Shown: positions 1 to 10,106 of the stretch, piece by piece
How positions within the stretch are numbered: the first letter of the stretch is position 1
Layout: each line of letters opens with the position of its first letter
DNA from: Nitrosopumilus sp.
GTDB lineage: Archaea; Thermoproteota; Nitrososphaeria; Nitrososphaerales; Nitrosopumilaceae
Direction of reading: 5' to 3'
NCBI GenBank assembly: GCA_965205215.1
Contig: OZ242041.1
Location: forward strand, 1,376,001-1,440,000
DNA: 64,000 nt
Made by a program: the position numbers and the translations under genes
Notes under the pieces: generated by a model
Told to the model about the DNA's origin: nothing
The model's input: only the letters and a program-made list of their open reading frames with translations
Databases searched by the model: none

Positions 1-39
1 CCTGGTGCTGCGCTCCATGATCTCCCTTAGGGCGCGCAT
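1..39 (-). CDS. Possible 5' end of a gene running off the left edge (MRALREIMERSTR...)
   Basis: ATG at 39 on the minus strand with an open frame to the edge; only 13 codons are visible. Confidence 0.3.
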   Translation of the reverse strand, partial: MRALREIMERSTR

Positions 40-110
40 TGCGGGGCGGGGCGCGCCTGCCGGCGGTGCGGGAGGAAAATGACCCTGCGCCATTCTGCCG
101 GGCGCAGGGC

Positions 111-319
111 GGCGCCTGCCGCAATACGGCGCCTGCCGCAATACGGCGCCTGCCGCAATACGGCGCCTGCCGCAATACGGCGCCTGCCGCAATACGGCGC
201 CTGCCGCAATACGGCGCCTGCCGCAATACGGCGCCTGCCGCAATACGGCGCCTGCCGCAATACGGCGCCTGCCGCAATACGGCGCCTGCCGCAATACGGC
301 GCCTGCCGCAATACGGCGC
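111..319. repeat. Perfect tandem repeat, 17-bp unit GGCGCCTGCCGCAATAC x12 plus a partial copy
   Basis: Identical head-to-tail units read directly, no spacers. Confidence 0.97.
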
Positions 320-707
320 TCGCGTACCCTTCCTTTATTGCGGCGGCAGCTGTTGTGACAACGACGGCGGCGACCCCGATTGTAATTATGATACTGCCGC
401 CACCGCCGCCGCGCGATTCCGGGCGCCCGCGTGCACCGACGACGCTCCTCCAGTTGCATGCTGGGCGCCCGGCAACCGGACTGTGTAGCTCAACACGCGT
501 GCGCATGCTGCCGATGCCTGACCCGCAGCGTTGTGGCAGGGCGGCGAATGGCATTTGCCGTCAGCATGCCCGCCACCGCACGCGTGACCCCGCCTCCCGC
601 TGTCCGAACGCCCCGCTGTCCCCCCTCTCCCGCCGTCCCGCACCCGTCTGGCAATCTCGTACATGCCCAATGAAACACTTAATTCGACTCTGGCTTGAGT
701 TCGCCTT

Positions 708-2717
708 ATGCGCATACTGCAGCTCCACTGCGACAGCATAGAGTACACCCCCACAAAAAAGGAGAACAAGATGGCCGAAGATCTGGAGGACATGTCGACC
801 CTGCGCCTCGAGGAGGTGGTGGTGGCATTTGTCGCAGTGGAGGCCGGCGACAACTCTTCTGTGGCGACCGAGGCCATCCAGCAGATACGGGCCTCGATGC
901 TGAACGTCGGGTGCACCCGGCTGCTCCTGTATCCGTACGCCCACCTCAGCTCGGATCTTGCCAAGCCGTCGACCGCACTCGGACTGCTTGAGGAGATGGA
1001 GGATCATGCCAGGGAGGCAGACGGGACGCTTGAGGTGTCCCGGGCCCCGTTTGGGTGGACAAAGTCGTACCACGTCAAGGTAAAGGGGCACCCGCTTGCA
1101 GAGTCCTCAAAGGTGATCAGATCCGATTCGCTGGAACCGCAACATGCCACTTCCGCGCGTGAGCCGCCTGCGGGTTCGGCCACGGCCGCCACCACCGCGC
1201 CGCGCGCCCGATCTGGGAGGAAAGGAGAAGGAAAGGAAGGCGGCAGCGGCGCTGGTACTGATAATGACGACGACGACGACGACGACAAGTCGCACGCGCT
1301 CGAGCGCGAATCAAGGCTAAAGTCCCACTGGCGCATACTCACCTCGGACGGAAACCTGGTGGAGATAGACGAGTTTGACTTTACGGGGCACAAAAAGCTC
1401 GAGACCCTTGCAAAGTATGAGTCAGAAAAGCAGCGGCACGTCGACGAGCCGCCGCCGCACGTGGCCCTGATGAAGCGGCTTGCCATTGCCGACTATGAGC
1501 ACGCGTCGGATCACGGAAACATGCGGTTCTTCCCCAACGGCCGCCTCATAAAGTCCCTCATCGAGTCCCACGTTACAAACCGCGTAAAGGAGTACGGCGG
1601 CTACGAGGTGGAGACGCCGATAATGTACGACTCGGAGCATCCCAGCATGGTGAGCTACTTTAACAGATTTCCCGCAAGGCAGTACACGATAGACTCTGAG
1701 GGCAAGCGACTCTTTCTGAGGTTCGCTGCGTGCTTTGGGCAATTCCTGATGGCCCACCAGTTCCAGATGTCGCACCACAACCTTCCGTACCGGCTGTACG
1801 AGATGACGCGCTACAGCTTCCGCCGGGAGCAGACAGGCGAGCTGGTGGGGCTGCGCCGGCTGCGGGCATTCACAATGCCCGACTGCCACGCGTTCTGCAA
1901 GGACATGGACCAGGCAATCGACGAGATTGAAGTGCGCTTCAAGCTGTCGCAGCGCGTGCTGTCCGAGATGGGCATCCCGGGCGACGACTATGAGATGGCA
2001 ATAAGGTTTACAGAGGACTTTTACAACGATCACCGGGGCGTCATAAACCGGCTGGCCGCGGCGCACGGCAAGCCCATGCTGGTGGAGATGTGGAAGGAGC
2101 GGTTCTTCTACTTTGTGCTAAAGTGGGAGTTCAACTACATCGACAACATGGGCAAGGCATCTGCCCTCTCCACAGACCAGATCGACGTGGAGAACGGGAG
2201 CAGGTATGGCATCACGTTTGTCGACGAGGACAACAACCGGATCCATCCGATAATACTGCACAACTCGCCCAGCGGTGCAGTGGAGCGCATAATATACACG
2301 CTGCTTGAAAAGGCGGCCGCCGACTCCAAGGAGGGCAGGCGTCCCATGCTTCCGCTGTGGCTCTCGCCCACGCAGGTGCGGATCATACCCGTCAAGGAGG
2401 AGTTTGTGGGCCTTGCCGAGTCGTTTGCGTCGGGGCTCACGACGCGCGGCATAAGGGCCGACATCGACGACCGCAACCAGAGCATAGGAAAGCGGATCAG
2501 GGAGGCAGAAAAGGAGTGGGCCCCGTACACCCTGGTGGTGGGCGAGCAGGAGTCCAAGTCGGGAAGGCTGAGCGTCAGGAGCCGGGAGGACGGACGCGTC
2601 AAGGAGATGACGCCAGATGATCTGTTACGGGAGATAAGGTCAAAGACCGAGGGCATGCCGGCTGCCGGCCTCAACATGCCCGCGCACCTCTCTAAAAGAC
2701 CGCAGCTGATGGTGTGA
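708..2717 (+). CDS. thrS: Threonyl-tRNA synthetase, archaeal type with N-terminal editing domain
   Basis: MRILQLH start, YPYAHLS editing motif, FAACFGQF, FRREQxGE motif 2, PLWLSPTQVR and anticodon-binding domain. Confidence 0.97.
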   Translation: MRILQLHCDSIEYTPTKKENKMAEDLEDMSTLRLEEVVVAFVAVEAGDNSSVATEAIQQIRASMLNVGCTRLLLYPYAHLSSDLAKPSTALGLLEEMEDHAREADGTLEVSRAPFGWTKSYHVKVKGHPLAESSKVIRSDSLEPQHATSAREPPAGSATAATTAPRARSGRKGEGKEGGSGAGTDNDDDDDDDKSHALERESRLKSHWRILTSDGNLVEIDEFDFTGHKKLETLAKYESEKQRHVDEPPPHVALMKRLAIADYEHASDHGNMRFFPNGRLIKSLIESHVTNRVKEYGGYEVETPIMYDSEHPSMVSYFNRFPARQYTIDSEGKRLFLRFAACFGQFLMAHQFQMSHHNLPYRLYEMTRYSFRREQTGELVGLRRLRAFTMPDCHAFCKDMDQAIDEIEVRFKLSQRVLSEMGIPGDDYEMAIRFTEDFYNDHRGVINRLAAAHGKPMLVEMWKERFFYFVLKWEFNYIDNMGKASALSTDQIDVENGSRYGITFVDEDNNRIHPIILHNSPSGAVERIIYTLLEKAAADSKEGRRPMLPLWLSPTQVRIIPVKEEFVGLAESFASGLTTRGIRADIDDRNQSIGKRIREAEKEWAPYTLVVGEQESKSGRLSVRSREDGRVKEMTPDDLLREIRSKTEGMPAAGLNMPAHLSKRPQLMV

Positions 2718-3652
2718 TGAGCTACGCAGACCTGTACCTGGGGGGAAGCGGCCCGCTGATATCGGGATCCGCGCCGTCCGCAAGGCCACGCGACAGCGGC
2801 AGCGACGGCGACAGCAACGGCGGCGCGGGGCCCGCGTGCTCCGTATTTGGGGTGCCCTTTGACGCTACCCACTCGTACAGGCCCGGCTGCAGGTTTGGCC
2901 CCGGCGCCATACGCTCGGCGTTCCACAACATAGAGGTGTTTCATCCGGAGATGGGGGTCGACTTGGAGGCCGTCCCGATCCGGGATCTGGGGGACATGCC
3001 GCACACGGCCTCCCCCGAGCGCATGATCGACGCGGCGCGCCGCGTAACAGAGGACCTCCTGAACCGGGGGCAGGGGCCCGTCTTCATGCTGGGCGGCGAG
3101 CACCTTGCCACGTACGGGACATACACGGCGTTTCCAAGAGGCGTCGGATACGTGGTGTTTGACGCGCACTACGACCTACGCGACGAGTACGGGGACGTGA
3201 GGCTCAACCACGCCACGTACCTGCGCCGCATCGCCGAGGAGCGCGGGACGGACTGCATACTTCACGTCGGCGCGAGGGCCTTTGCGGCCGAGGAGCTCGC
3301 ATACCTGAAGGACGGCGGCATCAGGACCATATCCGACTCGGACGTGCGGGACGGCGGGGCGCCGCGGATACTCCGCGACTTTGCGTCCTCGTTTGACTCC
3401 GTGTACGCGAGCTTTGATCTCGACGTGCTTGATCCGGCGTTTGCGCCCGGGGTGGGGAACCCGGAGGCCGAGGGCATAACGCCGCGGGAACTGTTCGGAA
3501 TGGCAAGGACCCTTGCATCCGACGGCATACGCGTGGCGGGAGGCGACATCGTGGAGCTGAACCCGTCGTACGACACGGGCGCAACTGCAGCGCTGGCAGC
3601 CAAGATCCTGTCCACGCTTGTCGCCGCCTCGCAGTCGTCCGGGCGCGCGTAG
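2714..3652 (+). CDS. speB: Agmatinase (ureohydrolase family)
   Basis: GVPFD..SYRPG.RFGP, GGEH, DAHYDLRD, SFDLDVLDP, ELNP motifs; overlaps the thrS stop. Confidence 0.93.
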   Translation: MMSYADLYLGGSGPLISGSAPSARPRDSGSDGDSNGGAGPACSVFGVPFDATHSYRPGCRFGPGAIRSAFHNIEVFHPEMGVDLEAVPIRDLGDMPHTASPERMIDAARRVTEDLLNRGQGPVFMLGGEHLATYGTYTAFPRGVGYVVFDAHYDLRDEYGDVRLNHATYLRRIAEERGTDCILHVGARAFAAEELAYLKDGGIRTISDSDVRDGGAPRILRDFASSFDSVYASFDLDVLDPAFAPGVGNPEAEGITPRELFGMARTLASDGIRVAGGDIVELNPSYDTGATAALAAKILSTLVAASQSSGRA

Positions 3653-3711
3653 GCCTGCTGCCTGAGCCGGACGGGGCGCGTAAAACAGGACTTTATAGTG
3701 ATCCCGCGCAC

Positions 3712-4344
3712 ATGCAGTTGATGCTAAACAACCTCCGCGAGTCGCTCGGGCCCGCCCTTGAGAGGATGGGCCGCGGGTTTGCCGCGACCGGGCTGTCGCC
3801 CAACTTTTGGACCGGGCTGGGCCTTGCGCTCGCCATGGCCGCCGCCGTATCGTACGGGCTCGGACCGCACTTGGGGATGCACGAGGAGACGCACCTCGGG
3901 GTGTTGCGGCAGATGTCGGGGTACGGACTGCTTGCAGGCGGGATCCTGCTGCTCGGATCGGGGTTCTTTGACATGGTGGACGGGCAGGTCGCACGCGTCA
4001 CCGGAAAGGCCTCGCAGAGGGGCTCGTACCTCGACTCTGTGTCAGACAAGATTGCCGAGTCCGCGATATTTGTCGGGATCGCCGTGGGGGGGTATGCGGA
4101 GCCGTGGCTCGTCGTGCTTGCCGCCACGCTCTCGCTGCTCGTAAGCTATGCGAGGGCAAAGTCCGACGCGCTTGGGATACGCATGCAGGGTGTCGGGATC
4201 GGGGAGAGGGCCGAGCGCCTGCTCGTCATTGCCATAGTCGGGATGGCGGGGTACATGGAACTCGCCCTGGTTGTCGTGGCCGTAATATCGGCGGTCACGC
4301 TGGTTCAGCGCATGGCGTCGACGTCCAGGCAGCTGCCGCCCTGA
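3712..4344 (+). CDS. CDP-alcohol phosphatidyltransferase (archaetidylinositol-phosphate synthase-like); start may be ATG 3721
   Basis: DMVDGQVAR...GSYLDSVSDKIAE signature, ERAER motif, multiple TM segments. Confidence 0.9.
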   Translation: MQLMLNNLRESLGPALERMGRGFAATGLSPNFWTGLGLALAMAAAVSYGLGPHLGMHEETHLGVLRQMSGYGLLAGGILLLGSGFFDMVDGQVARVTGKASQRGSYLDSVSDKIAESAIFVGIAVGGYAEPWLVVLAATLSLLVSYARAKSDALGIRMQGVGIGERAERLLVIAIVGMAGYMELALVVVAVISAVTLVQRMASTSRQLPP

Positions 4345-4470
4345 TGACATTATCTGGCGCCGGCCTCCGATATTGGCTCTGCGCGGGGGCCTGGGCGCGC
4401 GCACTATCTTGAGCATCTGGTGTCCACGACGGCTCTGCGCCCGCGCATGCCTGCGGGGCACCCGCGCCAG

Positions 4471-4758
4471 CTAGCGCAGCTTGCCGCGCTTGCGCCTGTT
4501 GTCTGCCGACCTTATCTTTAGTATCTTGAAGTGTATCGCGCACGATATGCAGTACCACTTTAGGACGGTTGGGGACGCGATGTACGCACCCTGCGCCCGC
4601 AGCTCCTTTGCCAGCGTGTGCTCTACCAGGTTGAGCCGGGACGTGACCTTTTTTGCCTTGTCCTTTGGAACCGTCTGTCCGCAGTTGGTGCACTGGACCA
4701 CTCCAGAGTAGCCCTTGCCGCCTTTCGTGCGCCCGCGGCTCGCGCGCTTCAATGGCAT
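4471..4758 (-). CDS. rps26e: 30S ribosomal protein S26e
   Basis: MPLKRASRGR, CTNC..VPKDKA, YCISCAIH. Confidence 0.96.
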   Translation of the reverse strand: MPLKRASRGRTKGGKGYSGVVQCTNCGQTVPKDKAKKVTSRLNLVEHTLAKELRAQGAYIASPTVLKWYCISCAIHFKILKIRSADNRRKRGKLR

Positions 4759-4922
4759 GCAGTGCGGACGCCGTGCCTCCTTATAATCCTGCGCATGGCA
4801 ATCTGATCCGAGTCGGCCAAATAATCACAGCGTCCGCGGCTTGCCGCGCTCTTGGTTCCACGCGTATGTGACGTTTCACCGGCCATGCGCCGTGTACGTT
4901 GCAGGAGGCATCGGGTATGGGA

Positions 4923-4961
4923 TGGCAGTGGCAGTGGCAGTGGCAGTGGCAGTGGCAGTGG
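4923..4961. repeat. (TGGCAG)6 microsatellite
   Basis: Read directly, intergenic. Confidence 0.9.
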
Positions 4962-5311
4962 TGGCGGATACGACCTATTCGACTTTCATGCATTGCCTGT
5001 CGTTGGAAGGAACTCCTTCCTCCAAATGTAATGCCCGGCACGTGGCCAAAGAACGCATGGGGCAGTCAAAGGTACGCGAGCCCCGCCGCTTTCCGGCTTG
5101 TGTGAGCCCCAAGGGTCTGCCTGTTTCCTACTATGATCATCTTTTAATCTGAGTGTGTGCATAATGATGCATGGAGCACACGGTCGGACTGTGCCACTTC
5201 TGCCTGCGCTCAAACGTGAGGCTGATAGTGTCGCGCGGGCGCATACTGTGTGCGGACTGCTTGGAAAAGGCCGATGCAAAAAACTAAATCGGCACAGGAA
5301 GCCGGAAGCCT

Positions 5312-6199
5312 GTGGCAAAGAAAAGCCTTGCCGTGTACGGGCACTGCACCATCGACAGCATTACTGTAGGGGGCCAGACTCACGAGCAGATCGGAGGCTC
5401 TGCATGCTACTGCGCGCTCGTGGCGCGCCAGTTCGGGTTCGCGGCCCGCATGGTTACCCGGTTCGGCCCGGACTTTCCAAGACAGTACCTCGACGACAAC
5501 GGGATATCGTACAGTGGCGCCTCGGTGTCGGACTCCGGCACCACTCGGTTCTCAATCACCGTGGAGGGCGCCGAACGGACGCTGCGCCTGGCGCATGCGT
5601 GCGACGACATACCGTACGAGCGCGCGGACGGCGCGGACTGCACCATCGCAAGCCCCTTGTGCGGGGAGATCTCTACCGACGTCTTCTCGGAGATAAGGAG
5701 GGACTCGAGGTTCCTGCTTGTGGACCCGCAGGGGTTTCTGAGGGTGCGGGAGGGCCACGGCGGCGACGTGGCGCTCCGGGACACCGACCTGGACCTGGCG
5801 GGTGTGGGGGCCATAAAGGTGAACGCCGACGAGGCGCGCCACCTGACCGGCGGGTCCGGGCAGGACGCCATGGTTGCGCTACAGAAAAAAGGCGTGGAGA
5901 ACGTGCTGTACACCGACAAGGCGGACATCTCGCTTCTCAACGGGGACAAGGTATACTCTATCAGGCTGCCAAACAAGAGCATCCATGACACGACCGGGGT
6001 GGGGGACATGTTCTGCGCGGCGTTCTGCTGCACCATGGTAAGGGAGCGGGACTTTCTGTGGGCCCTGTGCTTTGCGGGCGGCGCCGCGCAGGCGGCGCTG
6101 GACTCCAAAAAGGTCGGGTTGCAAAAGGTGCCGCGCAAGGGCGCCGTGCAGACGAACGCCTCCTACTTTTACAACATGGTGAACTTCAGGACGCTCTGA
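5312..6199 (+). CDS. PfkB/ribokinase-family carbohydrate kinase
   Basis: N-terminal GGS motif, DPQG, KVNADE, DTTGVGD anion-hole motif; GTG start. Confidence 0.88.
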   Translation: MAKKSLAVYGHCTIDSITVGGQTHEQIGGSACYCALVARQFGFAARMVTRFGPDFPRQYLDDNGISYSGASVSDSGTTRFSITVEGAERTLRLAHACDDIPYERADGADCTIASPLCGEISTDVFSEIRRDSRFLLVDPQGFLRVREGHGGDVALRDTDLDLAGVGAIKVNADEARHLTGGSGQDAMVALQKKGVENVLYTDKADISLLNGDKVYSIRLPNKSIHDTTGVGDMFCAAFCCTMVRERDFLWALCFAGGAAQAALDSKKVGLQKVPRKGAVQTNASYFYNMVNFRTL

Positions 6200-6262
6200 G
6201 CGCGGGCGCCGCACGGCGCGCATCCTGCCACTCTTTTTATTGCACGCGCGCCTTGGCACGTC

Positions 6263-7267
6263 ATGCACATCTGCATCTGCAGGCCCGCCGTGTCGGCCTC
6301 GGCCGCGCGCTCGATACAGAGGATACTGGAGCGCGCCGGGATATCCTCGGTGTCCACCGCGTCCCCCAAGTCCGCCGGGGACGCGGACTGCATCATCGTG
6401 CTCGGGGGCGACAAGGGCATGCGCACGTACTTTCACCGCGCGCAGGACGCGTCGGTCCCGGTCCTGGGGATCAGCGAGGGCGAGAGCGGGGGGTTTCTTG
6501 CGCAGATAGACCTCAGGGAGCTGCCGTCGCACGTGGACGTGCTAAAGCGGCAGAACTACACGATAGAGGAGTTTCCGCGGCTCGGGGTCCGGATCGACGG
6601 CAGGAACGCCTACCCCGTGCTCAACGACGCGGCGGTATTCCCCTCGAAGAGCGCCATGCTCATGGAGCACACGCTGCGGGTTAACGGCGACGAGGTCTGG
6701 CACGACAGCAGCGACGGCGTCATCGTGTCGACCCCGATAGGCTCCTCGGCGTACTCCATGTCGGCGGGCGGGCCCGTACTGTTCCAGGACGCGAGCGTCT
6801 TTGAGATAATGTCGGTCAACTCGCTTGACGTGACGCGGAGGCCGGTCATAGCGTCAAACGACAGCGTGATAGAGGTGGAGGACATATCCTCCAAGCTCCA
6901 CTGCGAGGTGGTGCTCGACGGACTTGACCGCCTCCGGGTGGACAAGTCGATGGAGTGCACGCAGTTCCACCCGCCGGCGAGGATAGTGCGGCTTCGAAAG
7001 TCGCCCACCGCCATCGCGGCCCTTGCAAAGAAGGTGCACCTGGCCGAGGATCTCCTCCGCATGCCCCCGAGCTCCAAGCTCATACTCAAGACCCTCGAGT
7101 ACGAGGGCGAGCTCACTCACAGGGAGCTTGAGAGGAAGACGCTTCTTCCCGGCCGGACCGTCCGGCTGGCCCTCCGCAACCTGGTGGAGAAGGGATACGT
7201 CAAGAAAAAGATCTCGGCCCGGGACGCCCGCCAGAAGATATACGAGATGTCGCACGGGATCAAGTGA
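6263..7267 (+). CDS. NAD kinase-family protein fused to a C-terminal winged HTH
   Basis: LGGDKG (variant of GGDGT), GFLA, LND, DGVIVSTPIGSSAYSMSAGGP; C-terminal MPPSSKLILKTL...RTVRLALRNLVEKGYV..DARQKIY. Confidence 0.85.
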   Translation: MHICICRPAVSASAARSIQRILERAGISSVSTASPKSAGDADCIIVLGGDKGMRTYFHRAQDASVPVLGISEGESGGFLAQIDLRELPSHVDVLKRQNYTIEEFPRLGVRIDGRNAYPVLNDAAVFPSKSAMLMEHTLRVNGDEVWHDSSDGVIVSTPIGSSAYSMSAGGPVLFQDASVFEIMSVNSLDVTRRPVIASNDSVIEVEDISSKLHCEVVLDGLDRLRVDKSMECTQFHPPARIVRLRKSPTAIAALAKKVHLAEDLLRMPPSSKLILKTLEYEGELTHRELERKTLLPGRTVRLALRNLVEKGYVKKKISARDARQKIYEMSHGIK

Positions 7268-7288
7268 GCGCGGGGAGGACTGGCTCAG

Positions 7289-8998
7289 TCAGGCTGACCC
7301 GCCGCCTGCCGCGGAGCCGGCGCGCGCGTCGGCGCACTCCGCTGCTGCCCTGACAAAGGCCGCAAACGACTCCTCCGGGAAGCCGGGCCTGCTGTTGAAC
7401 TCGGGGTGGAACTGCACCCCCATGTAGAACCTGTGGGACGGAATCTCCAGAATCTCCATCCTCCTGCCCGCGTCGCTCTCGGCTGAGAATATGGCGCCCT
7501 TGTCCCTCAGGGCCGGTATGAACTCGGCGTTTATCTCGTACCTGTGGCGGTGCCGCTTTGATATCTGCGCCGCGCCGCCGTACACCCTCCGGGCCATGGT
7601 GCCCTCCGATATTGATATCGCGTTAGACCCGAGCCTCAGCGAGCCGCCCATCTCCGAGACGTTCTTCTGCTCCGGCAGCAGGTCCACCACCGGGTGCGGC
7701 GTGTCCGGGTTGATCTCAGTGGAGTTGGCCCCCTCCAGCCCTAGGACGCTCCTGCCAAACGCAATTGCCGCGAGCTGGAACCCGAAGCATATCCCCAGGT
7801 ACGGTATGTCGTTCTGCCGCGCATACGTGGCCGTGTCTATTATGCCCTCCGAGCCGCGCGTGCCGAAGCCGCCGGGCACCAGTATGCCGTCGTACTTTGA
7901 GAGCGCACCGCAGCCGGTGATCGACTCCGAGTCGATCCAGTCTATGTTTACCGGCCTCGATATGGACGCGCCGGCGTGCTTTAGCGCGTGGTTGACGCTG
8001 ACGTAGCTGTCCGCCAGCGTGACGTACTTGCCAACCATCGCGATGCTTATTGGATCCTTTCCCGGGTGCGCCATGCTCTTGACTATGGCGTTCCACCTGT
8101 CCCAGTTCGAGTAGGTGTTGAGCATTCCGAATATGCCGAACTTTGTATATATGGAATCCATTATGCCCTGCTCGTGCAGCATCTGCGGCACCTGGAGTAT
8201 GGACTCGGCGTCGTGGCACGACAGCACGTCCTGGGGCGTTACGTTTGTGAACATTGCAATCTTCTGCTTTATCTTATCGCCGAGCGGACTGGTGCACCTT
8301 GCGGCTATAAAGTCCGGCTGGATTCCTATGCGGCGTAGCTCCTGTACACTGTGCTGTGTGGGCTTTGTCTTCTGCTCGCCTACGACGTCAAGCTCGGGCG
8401 CGAGCGTCACGTGCACGAACAGCACGTTGTGCGGGCCCTCCTCTATGCGCATCTGCCTGAGGGCCTCTAGGAACGGGAGCGACTCGATGTCGCCTACGGT
8501 GCCGCCGCACTCCACGATGAGGAATCTGGGCTTGGAGTCGCCGTTGCCGTTGCCGTTGCCCCTGCCACCGTCGCTGCCGCCGAAGCCGTCCTCGCCGTAG
8601 GCAATCGCCCGTATGCGCCTCTTTATCTCGTCTGTTATGTGCGGTATTATCTGCACGCAGGCGCCAAGGTACTCGCCACGGCGCTCCGCGTCAATGACCG
8701 ATGCGTACACCTGGGCCGTCGTGATGTTGTGGCTCTTTGGTATGTTCTGGTTGAGAAACCTCTCGTAGTTTCCAATGTCCATGTCGCACTCGCCTCCGTC
8801 CTCCGTTACGAACACCTCGCCGTGCGCCACGGGGTTCATGGTGCCCGCGTCATAGTTCAGGTAGGGGTCTATCTTTACGCACGAGACCTTTTGATCCGCA
8901 AGCTGCAGGAGCTTTGCAATCGACGAGGTGGTGACCCCCTTGCCAAGCCCCGACATTACGCCGCCCGTCACGAAGATGAACTTGGCAACCGACTGCAT
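7289..8998 (-). CDS. pyrG: CTP synthase
   Basis: FVTGGVMSGLGKG, GGTVGDIES, KTKPTQ, GICFG, RHRHRYE, QFHPEF. Confidence 0.98.
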   Translation of the reverse strand: MQSVAKFIFVTGGVMSGLGKGVTTSSIAKLLQLADQKVSCVKIDPYLNYDAGTMNPVAHGEVFVTEDGGECDMDIGNYERFLNQNIPKSHNITTAQVYASVIDAERRGEYLGACVQIIPHITDEIKRRIRAIAYGEDGFGGSDGGRGNGNGNGDSKPRFLIVECGGTVGDIESLPFLEALRQMRIEEGPHNVLFVHVTLAPELDVVGEQKTKPTQHSVQELRRIGIQPDFIAARCTSPLGDKIKQKIAMFTNVTPQDVLSCHDAESILQVPQMLHEQGIMDSIYTKFGIFGMLNTYSNWDRWNAIVKSMAHPGKDPISIAMVGKYVTLADSYVSVNHALKHAGASISRPVNIDWIDSESITGCGALSKYDGILVPGGFGTRGSEGIIDTATYARQNDIPYLGICFGFQLAAIAFGRSVLGLEGANSTEINPDTPHPVVDLLPEQKNVSEMGGSLRLGSNAISISEGTMARRVYGGAAQISKRHRHRYEINAEFIPALRDKGAIFSAESDAGRRMEILEIPSHRFYMGVQFHPEFNSRPGFPEESFAAFVRAAAECADARAGSAAGGGSA

Positions 8999-9173
8999 GT
9001 TGATAGAACCCCGACGCTGTTTTTGTATGTTTGGCGCGTCGCGGTGCCGCGCCGCCGCGCCCTTCGGCGGGAGCCCCCGCCTTCGCGACGCGACTACTGC
9101 GGGCGCGCGCAGTCAACTGGTCATATCCGAATGTTTTACGACCTGTGCCCCTTGTCCCGGCACGGCCGTGCGT

Positions 9174-10106
9174 TCAGGACGCGCCGCGTGTTGCGGCCTT
9201 GAGCCTCCTTGTAAACGCGGACACGTTCCTCTCGACGTCCTTTGGCGCCGACTCTTTGATTATCTTCGCATATGCGCTCCCTACTATGACCGCGTCTGCC
9301 CCTGCCCCGACGTACTGCCTGGCGTCGGCAGGCGAGGAGATTCCGAATCCGACTCCTATCGGCAGCCGCGTCCCGGAGCGCCCTGCCGTGCGCTTGGCCC
9401 TGCGGATGGCATCAAGGGCATATCCTGCCACCGAGCCGTCGCCCGCCTTGCCCGCCTGCCTCCCGGTGCGCCTGTCTCTGACGCCCGTGGTCCCGTATAC
9501 TGCCACCATGTACAGAAAGCCCGTCGAGAGGCTCGCGATTCGCCGCAGCCTGCCTGTCGGGGTGTTGGGGGACGCCAGGAATATCGTGTCCAGCCCGTAT
9601 CTGCGGGCGGCCGCCACGTACGGCGCCGACTCGTCGGCCGCCATGTCCGGCAGTATAATCCCGTCTATGCCCGCGTCTGATATCATGGATGCCGCCCTGC
9701 CGTATCCGAGGTTGTACAGTATGTTGGTGTACGTCATGAGCACAAGTGGCACGTCCGGGTTGGCGCGCCTTATCCTTGATGCGGTCCTGAGGAACCCCTC
9801 AAAGGTGGCGCCCCTGCCGAGCGCCCCCGAGCTTGCCTCCTGTATCGCGGGCCCGTCTGCAAGCGGGTCGGAGAACGGAAAGCCCAGCTCTACGACGTCG
9901 GCCCCCCCTTTTATCATGCCGGAGACCGCGGCCACTGAGGCCCTCTCCGACGGGAACCCGGTCATTGCGTATGTGACGAGGCCCCTCTCGTTTCTGGCGC
10001 GCAGTTCTGCAAATTTGGATGCTATTCTGCTGACACCCCTGCCGCTGGCGCCGTTGTCGGCGTCCCCGCTCCTCCGGCCCCTTCTCTCTTTACCTGTCGC
10101 CAGCAA
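9174..10106 (-). CDS. trpA: Tryptophan synthase alpha subunit
   Basis: [39 protein letters not shown]. Confidence 0.96.
   Translation of the reverse strand: MLATGKERRGRRSGDADNGASGRGVSRIASKFAELRARNERGLVTYAMTGFPSERASVAAVSGMIKGGADVVELGFPFSDPLADGPAIQEASSGALGRGATFEGFLRTASRIRRANPDVPLVLMTYTNILYNLGYGRAASMISDAGIDGIILPDMAADESAPYVAAARRYGLDTIFLASPNTPTGRLRRIASLSTGFLYMVAVYGTTGVRDRRTGRQAGKAGDGSVAGYALDAIRRAKRTAGRSGTRLPIGVGFGISSPADARQYVGAGADAVIVGSAYAKIIKESAPKDVERNVSAFTRRLKAATRGAS

Noticed and set aside
111-319. CRISPR array, or the repeat-containing ORFs 27-554, 39-488 and 79-741
   Set aside because: There are no spacers and no cas genes nearby. The 17-bp unit has no stop codon in any frame, which explains the open frames.
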